From assembly GCA_041288095.1 (NCBI GenBank), contig JBGGMJ010000169.1:1-37456 (forward strand): a stretch of 37,456 bases of DNA, given 5' to 3'. Position numbers and translations under genes: made by a program. This stretch comes from Myxococcota bacterium. Lineage in GTDB: Bacteria; Myxococcota; XYA12-FULL-58-9; JALHOP01. Below the pieces are notes generated by a model that worked only from the letters and a program-made list of their open reading frames with translations, was not told the DNA's origin and did no database searches. Below are positions 9,036 through 17,496 of the stretch, piece by piece; within the stretch, counting starts at the first letter, position 1; each line of letters begins with the position of its first letter.

Positions 9036-11384
9036 ATGCTGTTGCTCCTCACGCAAGCGTTGCTGGCGGCACCGCTGGTCTCACCGGAGGTCGTGCTCGC
9101 CGGTAAGCGTTACGCTTTGACGCCGGTCGCCGAGCCGGTGATCGTGCGTAGCTCGGTCGCGCCGCGCCTCGATGCCGAGGATGGCGTGGCGACGCGGGTG
9201 CTCGACGATTTCACCATCGTCGAAGGCACGCGCTCGGCGGCCCGGCTCATGGAGATGCTCGCGCTCCAGGGCGAGGTCGTGGAGGTGCTGGCGGTCTTCG
9301 AGACCCAGGACGGAACGCGTCTCTATGCCGACCGCAAGGTACGTGTCCGCTTCGGCGATCACGTCGGTGACGCTCGCCGGCGGGAAATCGTGAGACGGGC
9401 GGGCGCCGTCATGTCGAGGGTCGTCAGCAGCTCACGCAACACATTCGAGATCCTGGCCGCGACGCCCGAAGAGAGCATCGAGGTGGCTCGCCTCCTCTCC
9501 GAGAGCGCCGAGGTCCGCTGGGCCCACCCCGACTTCATCGTGCGCGCGAGCCTCGAATTCGCGCCTAACGATGCCTTGTTCCCCCAGCAGTGGCATCACG
9601 ACGTTTTGAACAGCCGCGCCGCCTGGGACATCGGGCAAGGCGCGCCGTCCATGATCATCTCCATCCTCGACTCCGGCGTCGACGTGACGCATCCCGATCT
9701 CGCCGACAAGATCGTGAGCCCGCGCGATACGCTCAGGCAAACCGACACGGCCGAGCCGGCGGCCAACGACGCGCATGGTACGGCGTGCGCGGGGATCGCG
9801 GCGGCGTCCACCAACAACGCCGAGGGCATCGCCGGTGTTTGTCCCGCCTGTTCGATCTTGCCGGTGCGCTTGCTCGATCAGAACGGCTTCACGCGTGTCT
9901 CCGCTGGAGCGGACGGTATTCGCTGGGCCGTCGACCACGGCGCCCGCGTTTTGTCGAATAGCTGGGGTATCGCGCCGGTCTCGACCGAGCTTGGCGAAGC
10001 GCTCGACGAGGCCAAGGCCGCCGGTGTCCTCGTGCTTTTCGCCTCCGGAAACAGCGGCGAGCTCATCCCCGATGCGCAGGTCGCGGCGCACCCTGCCGTC
10101 AACGCCATCGGCGCGACCAACCACTACGACCTGCTGGCGGCGTACTCGAACACCGGACCGCACATCGTCTTGACCGCGCCGGCGGCCGAGGTCGTGACCG
10201 ATATAGCGGATCGTCGCGGTTACACATCGGGCGCCTATTACGCGGCCTTCGCCGGCACCAGTGCTTCGACGCCGGTGGTCGCGGGCATCGCCGGCCTCGT
10301 CTGGAGCGAGAACCCAGGGCTGTCGGCGGCGCAGGTGCTGCAAATCCTGCGGGACGGCGCCGACCGCATCGGCAGTCAGGCGTACCCCGATGGCCGCAAT
10401 GACTTGTACGGCGCCGGCCGCGTCAACGCCTACCGCGCGATGCGCGTGGCCGCGGGTCTCACCCCGTGCGTGCCGAGCTTCGAGCTGTGTGGCAACGCCG
10501 CGGACGACGATTGCGACGGGCTGATCGACAAGCTCGATCCGCAGTGCGCGCCCGGCAGCGCTCCCATCGGTGAAGCGTGCACGCGCGACTTCCAGTGCAG
10601 CGTGCTCGGGTACTGCCTGGAGTCGAACCTCGGCTTCCCGAGCGGCTATTGCAGCCAGGGCTGCGAGGGCAGCGGCAGCGCTTGCCCCAGCGGCTCGATC
10701 TGCGTTGGCGAGGGTTTCACGACCGGTTCGTCGTGTCATGTCGCCTGCGCCGACCACGGTGATTGCCGGACCGGTTATCAATGCCTGCCTTTGACGTCGG
10801 GCAGCGCCGTCAAAGCTTGTCTGCCTTCATGCGTGTTGAGCCCGTGCCTGGCGGGCGAGACTTGCAACACCGAGACCGGCGTTTGCGAGCACGATGGAGC
10901 TTCGGCGACCGGCGAGGCCTGCACCACGCGCGTCGACTGCGCGGACAACGGTCGCTGCTTGCCCGACAACCAGGGTTACCGCGACGGCATGTGCGTCACC
11001 GAGTGCCAGGACGACGGGGTCTGCCCCGCGGGCACCGCCTGTGTCCAGCTCGGCGTTGGCCAGGCGTTCTGCATGCCGACCTGCACCCTGCCCGAGGACT
11101 GCCGCGAGTATTACGCCTGCCATCCCATCCGCGGCACCCAGGCGACCGCGACGGTCCGCGGCTACTGTTGGACGGCCTGCCTGTCCGCGAGCGACTGCGG
11201 CTACGAGACCTGTAACGAATACGGCCTTTGCGGCAACGAGACGCCGCCCGACATCACCACCAAGCCAGGCGACGACGACCCGGAAGCGTCCGAAGAGGGG
11301 GGCTGCGCGGCTATCAGCGCCGAGCCGCTGGCACTGCTGCTGCTATCTGTCTTGCGGCGCCGGCGGCCTACACAGGCCGCTTGA
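9036..11384 (+). CDS. S8 (subtilisin-like) serine protease with Cys-rich repeats and a C-terminal MYXO-CTERM-type sorting signal
   Basis: Catalytic D (ILDSGVD), H (AHGTACAG), oxyanion N (ASGN) and S (AGTSASTP). ELCGNAADDDCDGLID motif and repeated Cys-rich modules. C-terminus GGCAAISAEPLALLLLSVLRRRR. Start taken at the ATG at 9036, just after the upstream stop. Confidence 0.9.
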   Translation: MLLLLTQALLAAPLVSPEVVLAGKRYALTPVAEPVIVRSSVAPRLDAEDGVATRVLDDFTIVEGTRSAARLMEMLALQGEVVEVLAVFETQDGTRLYADRKVRVRFGDHVGDARRREIVRRAGAVMSRVVSSSRNTFEILAATPEESIEVARLLSESAEVRWAHPDFIVRASLEFAPNDALFPQQWHHDVLNSRAAWDIGQGAPSMIISILDSGVDVTHPDLADKIVSPRDTLRQTDTAEPAANDAHGTACAGIAAASTNNAEGIAGVCPACSILPVRLLDQNGFTRVSAGADGIRWAVDHGARVLSNSWGIAPVSTELGEALDEAKAAGVLVLFASGNSGELIPDAQVAAHPAVNAIGATNHYDLLAAYSNTGPHIVLTAPAAEVVTDIADRRGYTSGAYYAAFAGTSASTPVVAGIAGLVWSENPGLSAAQVLQILRDGADRIGSQAYPDGRNDLYGAGRVNAYRAMRVAAGLTPCVPSFELCGNAADDDCDGLIDKLDPQCAPGSAPIGEACTRDFQCSVLGYCLESNLGFPSGYCSQGCEGSGSACPSGSICVGEGFTTGSSCHVACADHGDCRTGYQCLPLTSGSAVKACLPSCVLSPCLAGETCNTETGVCEHDGASATGEACTTRVDCADNGRCLPDNQGYRDGMCVTECQDDGVCPAGTACVQLGVGQAFCMPTCTLPEDCREYYACHPIRGTQATATVRGYCWTACLSASDCGYETCNEYGLCGNETPPDITTKPGDDDPEASEEGGCAAISAEPLALLLLSVLRRRRPTQAA

Positions 11385-11919
11385 AAGCGCCGGTCGTACT
11401 GGGCCAGCTCTTGTTGGTGCTCATCGCCGTGTAAACGGCCTTGCGGATGTTCACCAGGTCTTCGCCGGTCTCGCCGCGAGCCAGCATTTCGTCGGTGATG
11501 GCCAGGCGATGGCAGGCGACGCGCGCCACATTGAAGGTGAAGCGCATGAGGGCGGGATGGCCACTCGCGAAGAGGCGGTCGAAGGTCTCGCGGGTGAGGG
11601 CAAAGGCGCTCACGTGAGTCATCGCAACTACGCTTGCCACCGGAGGAATTTGGCAAAACAGTTCGATCTCGCCGAACAATGTCGGGCTATCGAGCTCGGC
11701 GAAGCGGCGGTCGCTGCCGGCCGGACCGCGCTTGGTGATGGCGACCTTGCCCGTGGTGGCGATGTAGAGAGGCGCCGGCGAGTGGTCACCCTCGCTGAGG
11801 ATTGCGGCGCCGGCGTCGAATGAGCGGGGCGCCATCATGTCGACGAGCGACACCAGGGCGTCCATGGAGATGCCTTCGAAGTACGGTAGCTCGAGCAGGT
11901 CGACGTGCGGCATATTCAC
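11368..11919 (-). CDS. Stand-alone cyclic nucleotide-binding domain protein
   Basis: LPYFEGI...ILSEGD...LYIATTGKVAI...LFGEIELF...ASVVA cNMP signature with no C-terminal HTH. Its 3' end overlaps the S8 gene by 17 nt (convergent). Confidence 0.85.
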   Translation of the reverse strand: MNMPHVDLLELPYFEGISMDALVSLVDMMAPRSFDAGAAILSEGDHSPAPLYIATTGKVAITKRGPAGSDRRFAELDSPTLFGEIELFCQIPPVASVVAMTHVSAFALTRETFDRLFASGHPALMRFTFNVARVACHRLAITDEMLARGETGEDLVNIRKAVYTAMSTNKSWPSTTGAFKRPV

Positions 11920-12047
11920 CCCCTACGCGCGGCGGGCAAGAGAAGAACAACTTGCCGCGCATGGTTTGCGCCGGCAAGCGTCCCTATGTTACGGCGCGAA
12001 CGTTTTACCCGCGACTTTCAGGCGCAGAGACGGTCCCGTTCTAGTTC

Positions 12048-15000
12048 ATGACGAAGGCGTACGAGCTCCCCCGGCAGGTCGGCCAGTTGGTCTGGTGTCC
12101 GAGCGATCCCACACTGGGCATCGGTGTCGTGACCGCTGTCGAGTCGTTGCAGGTCCGCGTCCGCTTTTGGAGACTGCAAGAAGAACGTCAGTACACGACC
12201 CGCAGCGCCGAGCCGATCATCGTCCGCTACCAAATCGCGAGCGGCGAGCGTGTCCGCAACCGCGGCGGTGAAGAGCACCGCGTGCGCCAGCGCCTCGAGG
12301 CCGAGCGCAAGGGTCTCGCCATCTACGAGCTCGAGAACGGTGAGCAGATCGTCGAGAGCGAGCTGGTTCCCGAGGTGCGCGACATCGGCGCCATGGAGCG
12401 CCTGGGCACCCTGACGCTCGCTCATCCCGAAGTCGTGCGCGCCCGCGTCCAGGGGCTCGAGCTCGCGAAGCTCGGTAAGCGCCCTGGACGAGCAGCGGTG
12501 CTCGGTGCCCGGGTCGCCTGGCTGCCCCACCAGATCGACGTCGCCTGCCGCGCCATCGAGCGCGACCCCGTGCGCATGCTGCTCGCCGACGAGGTCGGTC
12601 TCGGCAAGACCGTCGAAGCCGCGCTCATCTACGCCGGCCTGCGTCACGAGGGCCGCGCCCGTCGCGTGCTCATCCTCACGCCCGAGTCGCTGACCATCCA
12701 GTGGCTGGGTGAGATCTATCGCAAGACGCACGAGCTGCTGGTGCTCTTGGACGACGAGCGCATCGACGACGCCGACGTCGACATGCCCGAGCTGGGGCCC
12801 TTCGAGGCTTACCAGCGCATCGTCGCCTCCATCGATCGCATCACGAAAGATCCTGACCTCGCCGCGCAGTGCATCGCGTCGGAATGGGACCTCGTCATCA
12901 TCGACGAAGCCCACCACTTGAAGTGGAAGTCCGAGAAGGGCGCGGCCGGCGGCAATGCCGCCTACAAGTTGGCGCTGGCGCTCTCCAAGAAGGCGCGCCA
13001 CATGCTCCTCTTGACGGCGACGCCGATGGCGCTCGACCCCGCCGAATACCACGCGCTCTTGCGCCTGCTCGATCCGACGCGCTTCGACGACCCGTCCGCT
13101 TTCGAGGCGGTGGCGCAGCGCGCCTCGATTATCCGCGATGTCGGACGTCAGGTCGGCGGCGCTCTCGAAGGCGGCACCATCAGCAAGGCCGTGTACGCCG
13201 ACGCCGTCAAGGTGCTCGAGGACGATCCCGACGACCTCGAGGTGCTCGAGCGGCTGTTCAAGACCAAGCCGTCCGCTAAAGACTACAAAGAGCTCGCCGC
13301 CCGCGTGCTCGAAGCGCTACTGCACCGTCACGGCCTCGCCGACTACGTGGTGCGCAACCGCCGCGGACCCGTGGGTGGTTTGCCGCAACGCAAGCCGCAG
13401 GTCATTCCGCTCGTCCCCTCGGAGAAGCAAGACGCGCTCATCGAGGTCGGCGAAGGGGTCATGTTCGATCTCGTCGGATCCATGACGGGCGCCGAGCGCA
13501 ACGCCACTCTCGGCCGTTTGCTGCGGGCACTCTGGGCGACGCCGCGCGCCTTGGCCGACATCTTGATGCAGATCAGCCCCGCCCTGGTGAAGGAGCTGGC
13601 GCCGCTCATCGAGCAGGTGACCAGGGCTCCGCAGGACAAGGAAGGGCTACCCACCGGCGACATGCGCCTGCGCTGGCTCGTGCAGCAGCTGCGCGGTCTT
13701 GCGAAGGGCGACAAGCTCCTGGTCTTCGTCGAAACGCAGGTCGCGGTCACCGCGCTGCACGCCGCGCTCGAGCCTTATCTCGGCCAGAGCGTGGCCGTCT
13801 TCCATCGCGGACTATCGGCGCGCGATCAAGATCGTCAGGTGGCGTGGTTCCGCGACGCGAACGGTCCGTCCGTGATGCTGTCCACCGAAGCCGGTGGTGA
13901 GGGCCGCAACTTCCAGTTTTGCAACAAGGTCGTGCTCTACGATCTGCCTTGGCGGCCGGCGACCATCGAGCAGCGCATCGGGCGCATCGACCGCGTCGGT
14001 CAAGCGCGCGACGTTCACGTGCTCGTCCCTTACTTCAAGTCGGGCTACGAGGCGGCGATCCTCAAGGTCATGCAGGAGTCGATCGGCGTGCTCGACGGCA
14101 CCGTCGGCGGCATCGACCATCAGCTCGAATACGTGAGCGATCGCTTGGCCGAGCTGGTCATGCAGTCGGCCAAGGGGAAGGGCAACACGGTCGAGGCCTG
14201 GAAGAACCTGTACCGGGACACCGACAAGCTGGTGAAAGAAGCGCGCGCCCGCATCGAGAACGACGTCGACGTCATCCTCGATCACGCGAGCTTCTCGCCG
14301 CAGCGCGCCCGCGCCGTGTTGCAAGCCGTGCCCGCGGGCCTCGAGGAGAAGCTCGAGGAGTTCGTGCAGCGCTTCGCCGAGCACAACAAGGTCGCCTTGA
14401 AGCCCAAGGGCAACGGCCTCTACGCCATCGAGGGTGCCCCCGGCGCCACCGGGCGCGTCGACGACGAGACCAGCTTCATCGGTACGTTTTCGCGGACCTA
14501 CGCTCTCGACCACGAAGACGTGGAGTTCTTGTCGTTCGGGCACCCGCTCGTGGGGCAGGCGCTCGAGTGGGCACGCGAGGCGCACGACGCCAGCGCCTCG
14601 CTCGCGCTGGCGCGAGGCTTCGACCGCGAAGGCGCTGCTTTCTTGTGGCGCTACGGCATCGACCTCCCGGACGACGTGCCGCAGGTCGCGACCTACTTCG
14701 ACGACACCGCGTTCACCTTCGCGCTCGATGAAGCCGGGAAGCGCGTGCCCGAGCTCGAGGAGCTGCTCGAGGGCACGACGCGGCCACTCGACCGCATGGA
14801 CCCGGCACCGCTGCGCGGCAGCATCGAGCGCTGGCGCCGGCTGGTCGATCAAAACTACGAGTCGGCGCAAAAGTTCGCCGACGACGCCGCCAACAAGGCA
14901 CGCCAGCTCGCGGCGGGTCGATTGCTCTCTCTGTTCGGCCAGCGCGAGCGCGACTTGCGGCGTTCGCAAGCGCGCGAGCTGCAGAACGTCAAACCGAAGA

Positions 15001-15158
15001 GCAAGCAGCGCAAGGACATCGAGGCGCAGCACGATCTCGCGCGCCGGGATCTCGCCGAGGACAAGCAGCGGATCACCAACGCCATCGAAGGCGCCATGCC
15101 GCGTCTGCAAGCCGTCGTCGCCGTGCGCCTGATGCGCGTCAAACAAGTCAGCGGCTAG
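12048..15158 (+). CDS. rapA: RNA polymerase-associated SNF2-family ATPase (RapA/HepA-like)
   Basis: N-terminal VGQLVWCPSDPTLGIGVV Tudor-like segment, LPHQIDVA, LLADEVGLGKT, IIDEAHHL, LLLTATP, STEAGGEGRNFQF, EQRIGRIDRVGQ, and RapA-like C-terminal FLSFGHPLV. Confidence 0.85.
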   Translation: MTKAYELPRQVGQLVWCPSDPTLGIGVVTAVESLQVRVRFWRLQEERQYTTRSAEPIIVRYQIASGERVRNRGGEEHRVRQRLEAERKGLAIYELENGEQIVESELVPEVRDIGAMERLGTLTLAHPEVVRARVQGLELAKLGKRPGRAAVLGARVAWLPHQIDVACRAIERDPVRMLLADEVGLGKTVEAALIYAGLRHEGRARRVLILTPESLTIQWLGEIYRKTHELLVLLDDERIDDADVDMPELGPFEAYQRIVASIDRITKDPDLAAQCIASEWDLVIIDEAHHLKWKSEKGAAGGNAAYKLALALSKKARHMLLLTATPMALDPAEYHALLRLLDPTRFDDPSAFEAVAQRASIIRDVGRQVGGALEGGTISKAVYADAVKVLEDDPDDLEVLERLFKTKPSAKDYKELAARVLEALLHRHGLADYVVRNRRGPVGGLPQRKPQVIPLVPSEKQDALIEVGEGVMFDLVGSMTGAERNATLGRLLRALWATPRALADILMQISPALVKELAPLIEQVTRAPQDKEGLPTGDMRLRWLVQQLRGLAKGDKLLVFVETQVAVTALHAALEPYLGQSVAVFHRGLSARDQDRQVAWFRDANGPSVMLSTEAGGEGRNFQFCNKVVLYDLPWRPATIEQRIGRIDRVGQARDVHVLVPYFKSGYEAAILKVMQESIGVLDGTVGGIDHQLEYVSDRLAELVMQSAKGKGNTVEAWKNLYRDTDKLVKEARARIENDVDVILDHASFSPQRARAVLQAVPAGLEEKLEEFVQRFAEHNKVALKPKGNGLYAIEGAPGATGRVDDETSFIGTFSRTYALDHEDVEFLSFGHPLVGQALEWAREAHDASASLALARGFDREGAAFLWRYGIDLPDDVPQVATYFDDTAFTFALDEAGKRVPELEELLEGTTRPLDRMDPAPLRGSIERWRRLVDQNYESAQKFADDAANKARQLAAGRLLSLFGQRERDLRRSQARELQNVKPKSKQRKDIEAQHDLARRDLAEDKQRITNAIEGAMPRLQAVVAVRLMRVKQVSG

Positions 15159-15259
15159 CCGCGAGCAGCGCCGATTCGTGCCGCTATAGCGGACAGCAGC
15201 GCCCCGCGACCGTCTCGGCCGCCGGTGCCAGACTGTCATCGAAAACATCGCAAGCATGG

Positions 15260-15287
15260 GCAACGAGGGGTCGTCCTGCCCCGATAA
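15260..15287 (+). promoter_or_regulatory. Candidate alternative-sigma (sigma-28-like -10) promoter, copy 1
   Basis: GCAAC (15260-15264), 15 nt, CCCGATAA (15280-15287), about 100 nt upstream of the 15385 start. Confidence 0.5.
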
Positions 15288-15384
15288 GGAATCCCAAGAG
15301 ATGAAAATTGGGGCGGCGTCGTGTTTGGCCGCATCACCGACGTCGGCTGTGACACACGCCCGGCGACCTTAAGGACTGAGTGAC

Positions 15385-17424
15385 ATGACCGGAACGATGA
15401 CAGCTCCCGATGTGCAAGGCCTCGCGCGCCGTACCCTCAGCGCCGTAGAGGAGGCCGAACGTGGCGGAAATGACGCGGCAATTCGTGGCGCCGCGAGCCA
15501 GCTCGACGCCGCAATCGCCACCATCACCGCCGAGGTCGATCGCGATCAAAAGGAGGAAAGTCGCCTTTCCGCCGAGCACCAGCGCCTGGCGTCCGGCGGA
15601 CGCCAACATGCGTCACGCGCCAATGACACCGCGACGACGCTGCAGCTCGTAAGCCAAGAGCGCTTCGTCGGCGAAACGACGCTGCGTCAGCTCACCAACG
15701 TACGTACCGAGCTCACGCGGCAGATGCGCCGCCGCGAAGCCGCGACCCGTGATCCGCAAGCCGCTCGTTTTGTCGAGACCGACCTGACCAAGGCGCGCGA
15801 GGCTCTCGAGGCGCTCAACATGCCGCAGCCCGCGGCCGCCGTGCTCTTGAACTTGGTCGCAACCGACCGCGTGAGCCCGACCGTGGCCCATGCGAACTAC
15901 CTCTTCTTCGCTGCGGCGCTGCGTGGTCACAGCGATGTTCCGGAAGAGAGCCGTGACGAAGTCGCCGCGCGCTTGGCGAAGATTCACTTCGATTCGTCGG
16001 TGAACAACGACGCGATTGCCGGGGCTTTCCGCCACTATATGGCATTGCCGCGCACCGAAGCGGGCGAGGCCATGCGTTTGACCGCATCGTTCGCGCAACG
16101 CTTGTCCGCGATGGCCGGCGCTCGCCATACCGAGCCGAACGCCTTGCCGAGCGACGATGTCGACACCGTCCGCCGCGAGACCGGGGACGATTTCAACTGG
16201 TTCATGGGCCGCGTCGGCAACGATATGGCCATCGCGACGACCCTGGTGAGCGGCGTCTCGAGCGGGTTGAACCGCGACCGCATGCTCGAAATCTACCGCA
16301 GCTTCGATTCGGATCCGCAGATCGACAGCATGCAAGCGGCGGTCTTCGCGGCGGCGCTTTCCGGCCGTGCGAGCGAGCCGGACGCGAACTTCACTCAGCT
16401 TCGCGCCGAGACCCTGCGCAACTATCACTCGATCATCAACTCGAGGCCGCCGGAGGGTATGGAACCGGTCGACCGCTTTACCGCCGCGAGCTACGCGGCC
16501 CAGGGGTACGGTGTCGGTGTCGCTCCGGCCGTCGTGCCTGGCCGCATCACCGAGAACTATCCGGGCGGGCACTCGCCGTCGTTCTGGGACATCTACGGTC
16601 CCGCGATCGTGCTCTCGCAGATCTTGAACAACGACAGCCGCTGGGACCGTCGCTACGGCGGCTACGTCTCCGATTACGGCGCCGGCTACGCGGACGGCGT
16701 TCGCGCCTCGCGTCACGCGAATGTGCCGTGGACACCGAGCGCCGGCAGCACCACCTGGCGCTCGCCGAGCGGTACCGGCTTGCCGGGCGGCTCGTCGCCG
16801 TCAGCCGTCATCGTCCCGCCACGCCCCATCGACGTGGGTACCATCGCGCGCGATGCCGCACGTGCCGAGCGTTCCGACGGCGGTGCGATGGCACGCGCTC
16901 GCTCGACGACGATGGGCACCGAGGGAGTGCGCGTCGCCGTACCCGGCGTAGGCGTCGTGACTGCCGCTGAAGCCCGTCAACGCGCCGCGGCTCAGGCCGC
17001 GCCACGGGCGGCTCCAAGTAACGGACCGATCATCTTCGGGAGTGGTGCGAATCCCACGCGCGAGGTGGCGCCAGCGCGCCGTGTCGCCCCGTCCGAGCCT
17101 GTGGCCCGCGAAGTGCCTCGTGCCGCGCCGGTCCAAGTTCCGGCCTTTGGTTCGGGGCGTAACGCGCCAAGCGAGCCTGCTCGTGAAGTGCCACGTGCCG
17201 CGCCGGTGCAAGCGCCCGTCCGCGAAGCGCCACGTGCCGCGCCGGTGCAAGCGCCCGTCCGCGAAGCGCCACGCGCCGCGCCGGTGCAAGCACCCGTCCG
17301 CGAAGCGCCTCGCGCTGCCCCGGTGCAAGCACCCGTCTCGACACGTACCGCGCCATCCGCGCCGGCTCGCAGCGCGCCCTCGGCGCCCGCGCGCTCCGCG
17401 CCGTCGTCGAGCTCGCGGCGTTAA
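15385..17424 (+). CDS. Hypothetical protein (679 aa): N-terminal coiled coil, helical core, short hydrophobic segment and Pro/Ala/Arg-rich repeat tail
   Basis: Long ORF with AAGGA upstream. Contains SPSFWDIYGPAIVLSQILNN followed by a Gly/Tyr-rich linker and tandem REAPRAAPVQAPV repeats. No family recognised. Confidence 0.75.
   Translation: MTGTMTAPDVQGLARRTLSAVEEAERGGNDAAIRGAASQLDAAIATITAEVDRDQKEESRLSAEHQRLASGGRQHASRANDTATTLQLVSQERFVGETTLRQLTNVRTELTRQMRRREAATRDPQAARFVETDLTKAREALEALNMPQPAAAVLLNLVATDRVSPTVAHANYLFFAAALRGHSDVPEESRDEVAARLAKIHFDSSVNNDAIAGAFRHYMALPRTEAGEAMRLTASFAQRLSAMAGARHTEPNALPSDDVDTVRRETGDDFNWFMGRVGNDMAIATTLVSGVSSGLNRDRMLEIYRSFDSDPQIDSMQAAVFAAALSGRASEPDANFTQLRAETLRNYHSIINSRPPEGMEPVDRFTAASYAAQGYGVGVAPAVVPGRITENYPGGHSPSFWDIYGPAIVLSQILNNDSRWDRRYGGYVSDYGAGYADGVRASRHANVPWTPSAGSTTWRSPSGTGLPGGSSPSAVIVPPRPIDVGTIARDAARAERSDGGAMARARSTTMGTEGVRVAVPGVGVVTAAEARQRAAAQAAPRAAPSNGPIIFGSGANPTREVAPARRVAPSEPVAREVPRAAPVQVPAFGSGRNAPSEPAREVPRAAPVQAPVREAPRAAPVQAPVREAPRAAPVQAPVREAPRAAPVQAPVSTRTAPSAPARSAPSAPARSAPSSSSRR
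17182..17337 (+). repeat. In-frame 39-bp tandem repeat, 4 copies (13-aa unit RE[AV]PRAAPVQAPV)
   Basis: Units at 17182-17220, 17221-17259, 17260-17298 and 17299-17337. A degenerate copy lies near 17107, and APSAPARS-type repeats follow. Confidence 0.9.
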
Positions 17425-17442
17425 CCTCGTAGACACGCAAGC

Positions 17443-17481
17443 AAGGGCGTCGCGCCGGCCTTCGAGCCGCGCGGCGCCCTT
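17443..17481. terminator. GC-rich hairpin between convergent genes (possible bidirectional terminator)
   Basis: AAGGGCGTCGCGCCGGC / GCCGCGCGGCGCCCTT imperfect inverted repeat between the stops at 17424 (+) and 17497 (-). Confidence 0.6.
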
Positions 17482-17496
17482 CGCGTTTCTACCCGC

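Noticed and set aside
12048..15158. SNF2 helicase as part of an anti-phage system (for example DISARM or Zorya)
   Set aside because: It has RapA-type N- and C-terminal regions, and no methylase, nuclease or other defence genes lie alongside.
17182..17337. Regular repeats that might be a CRISPR array
   Set aside because: The units are contiguous, in-frame 39-mers with no unique spacers, and no cas genes are present. This is a coding tandem repeat.
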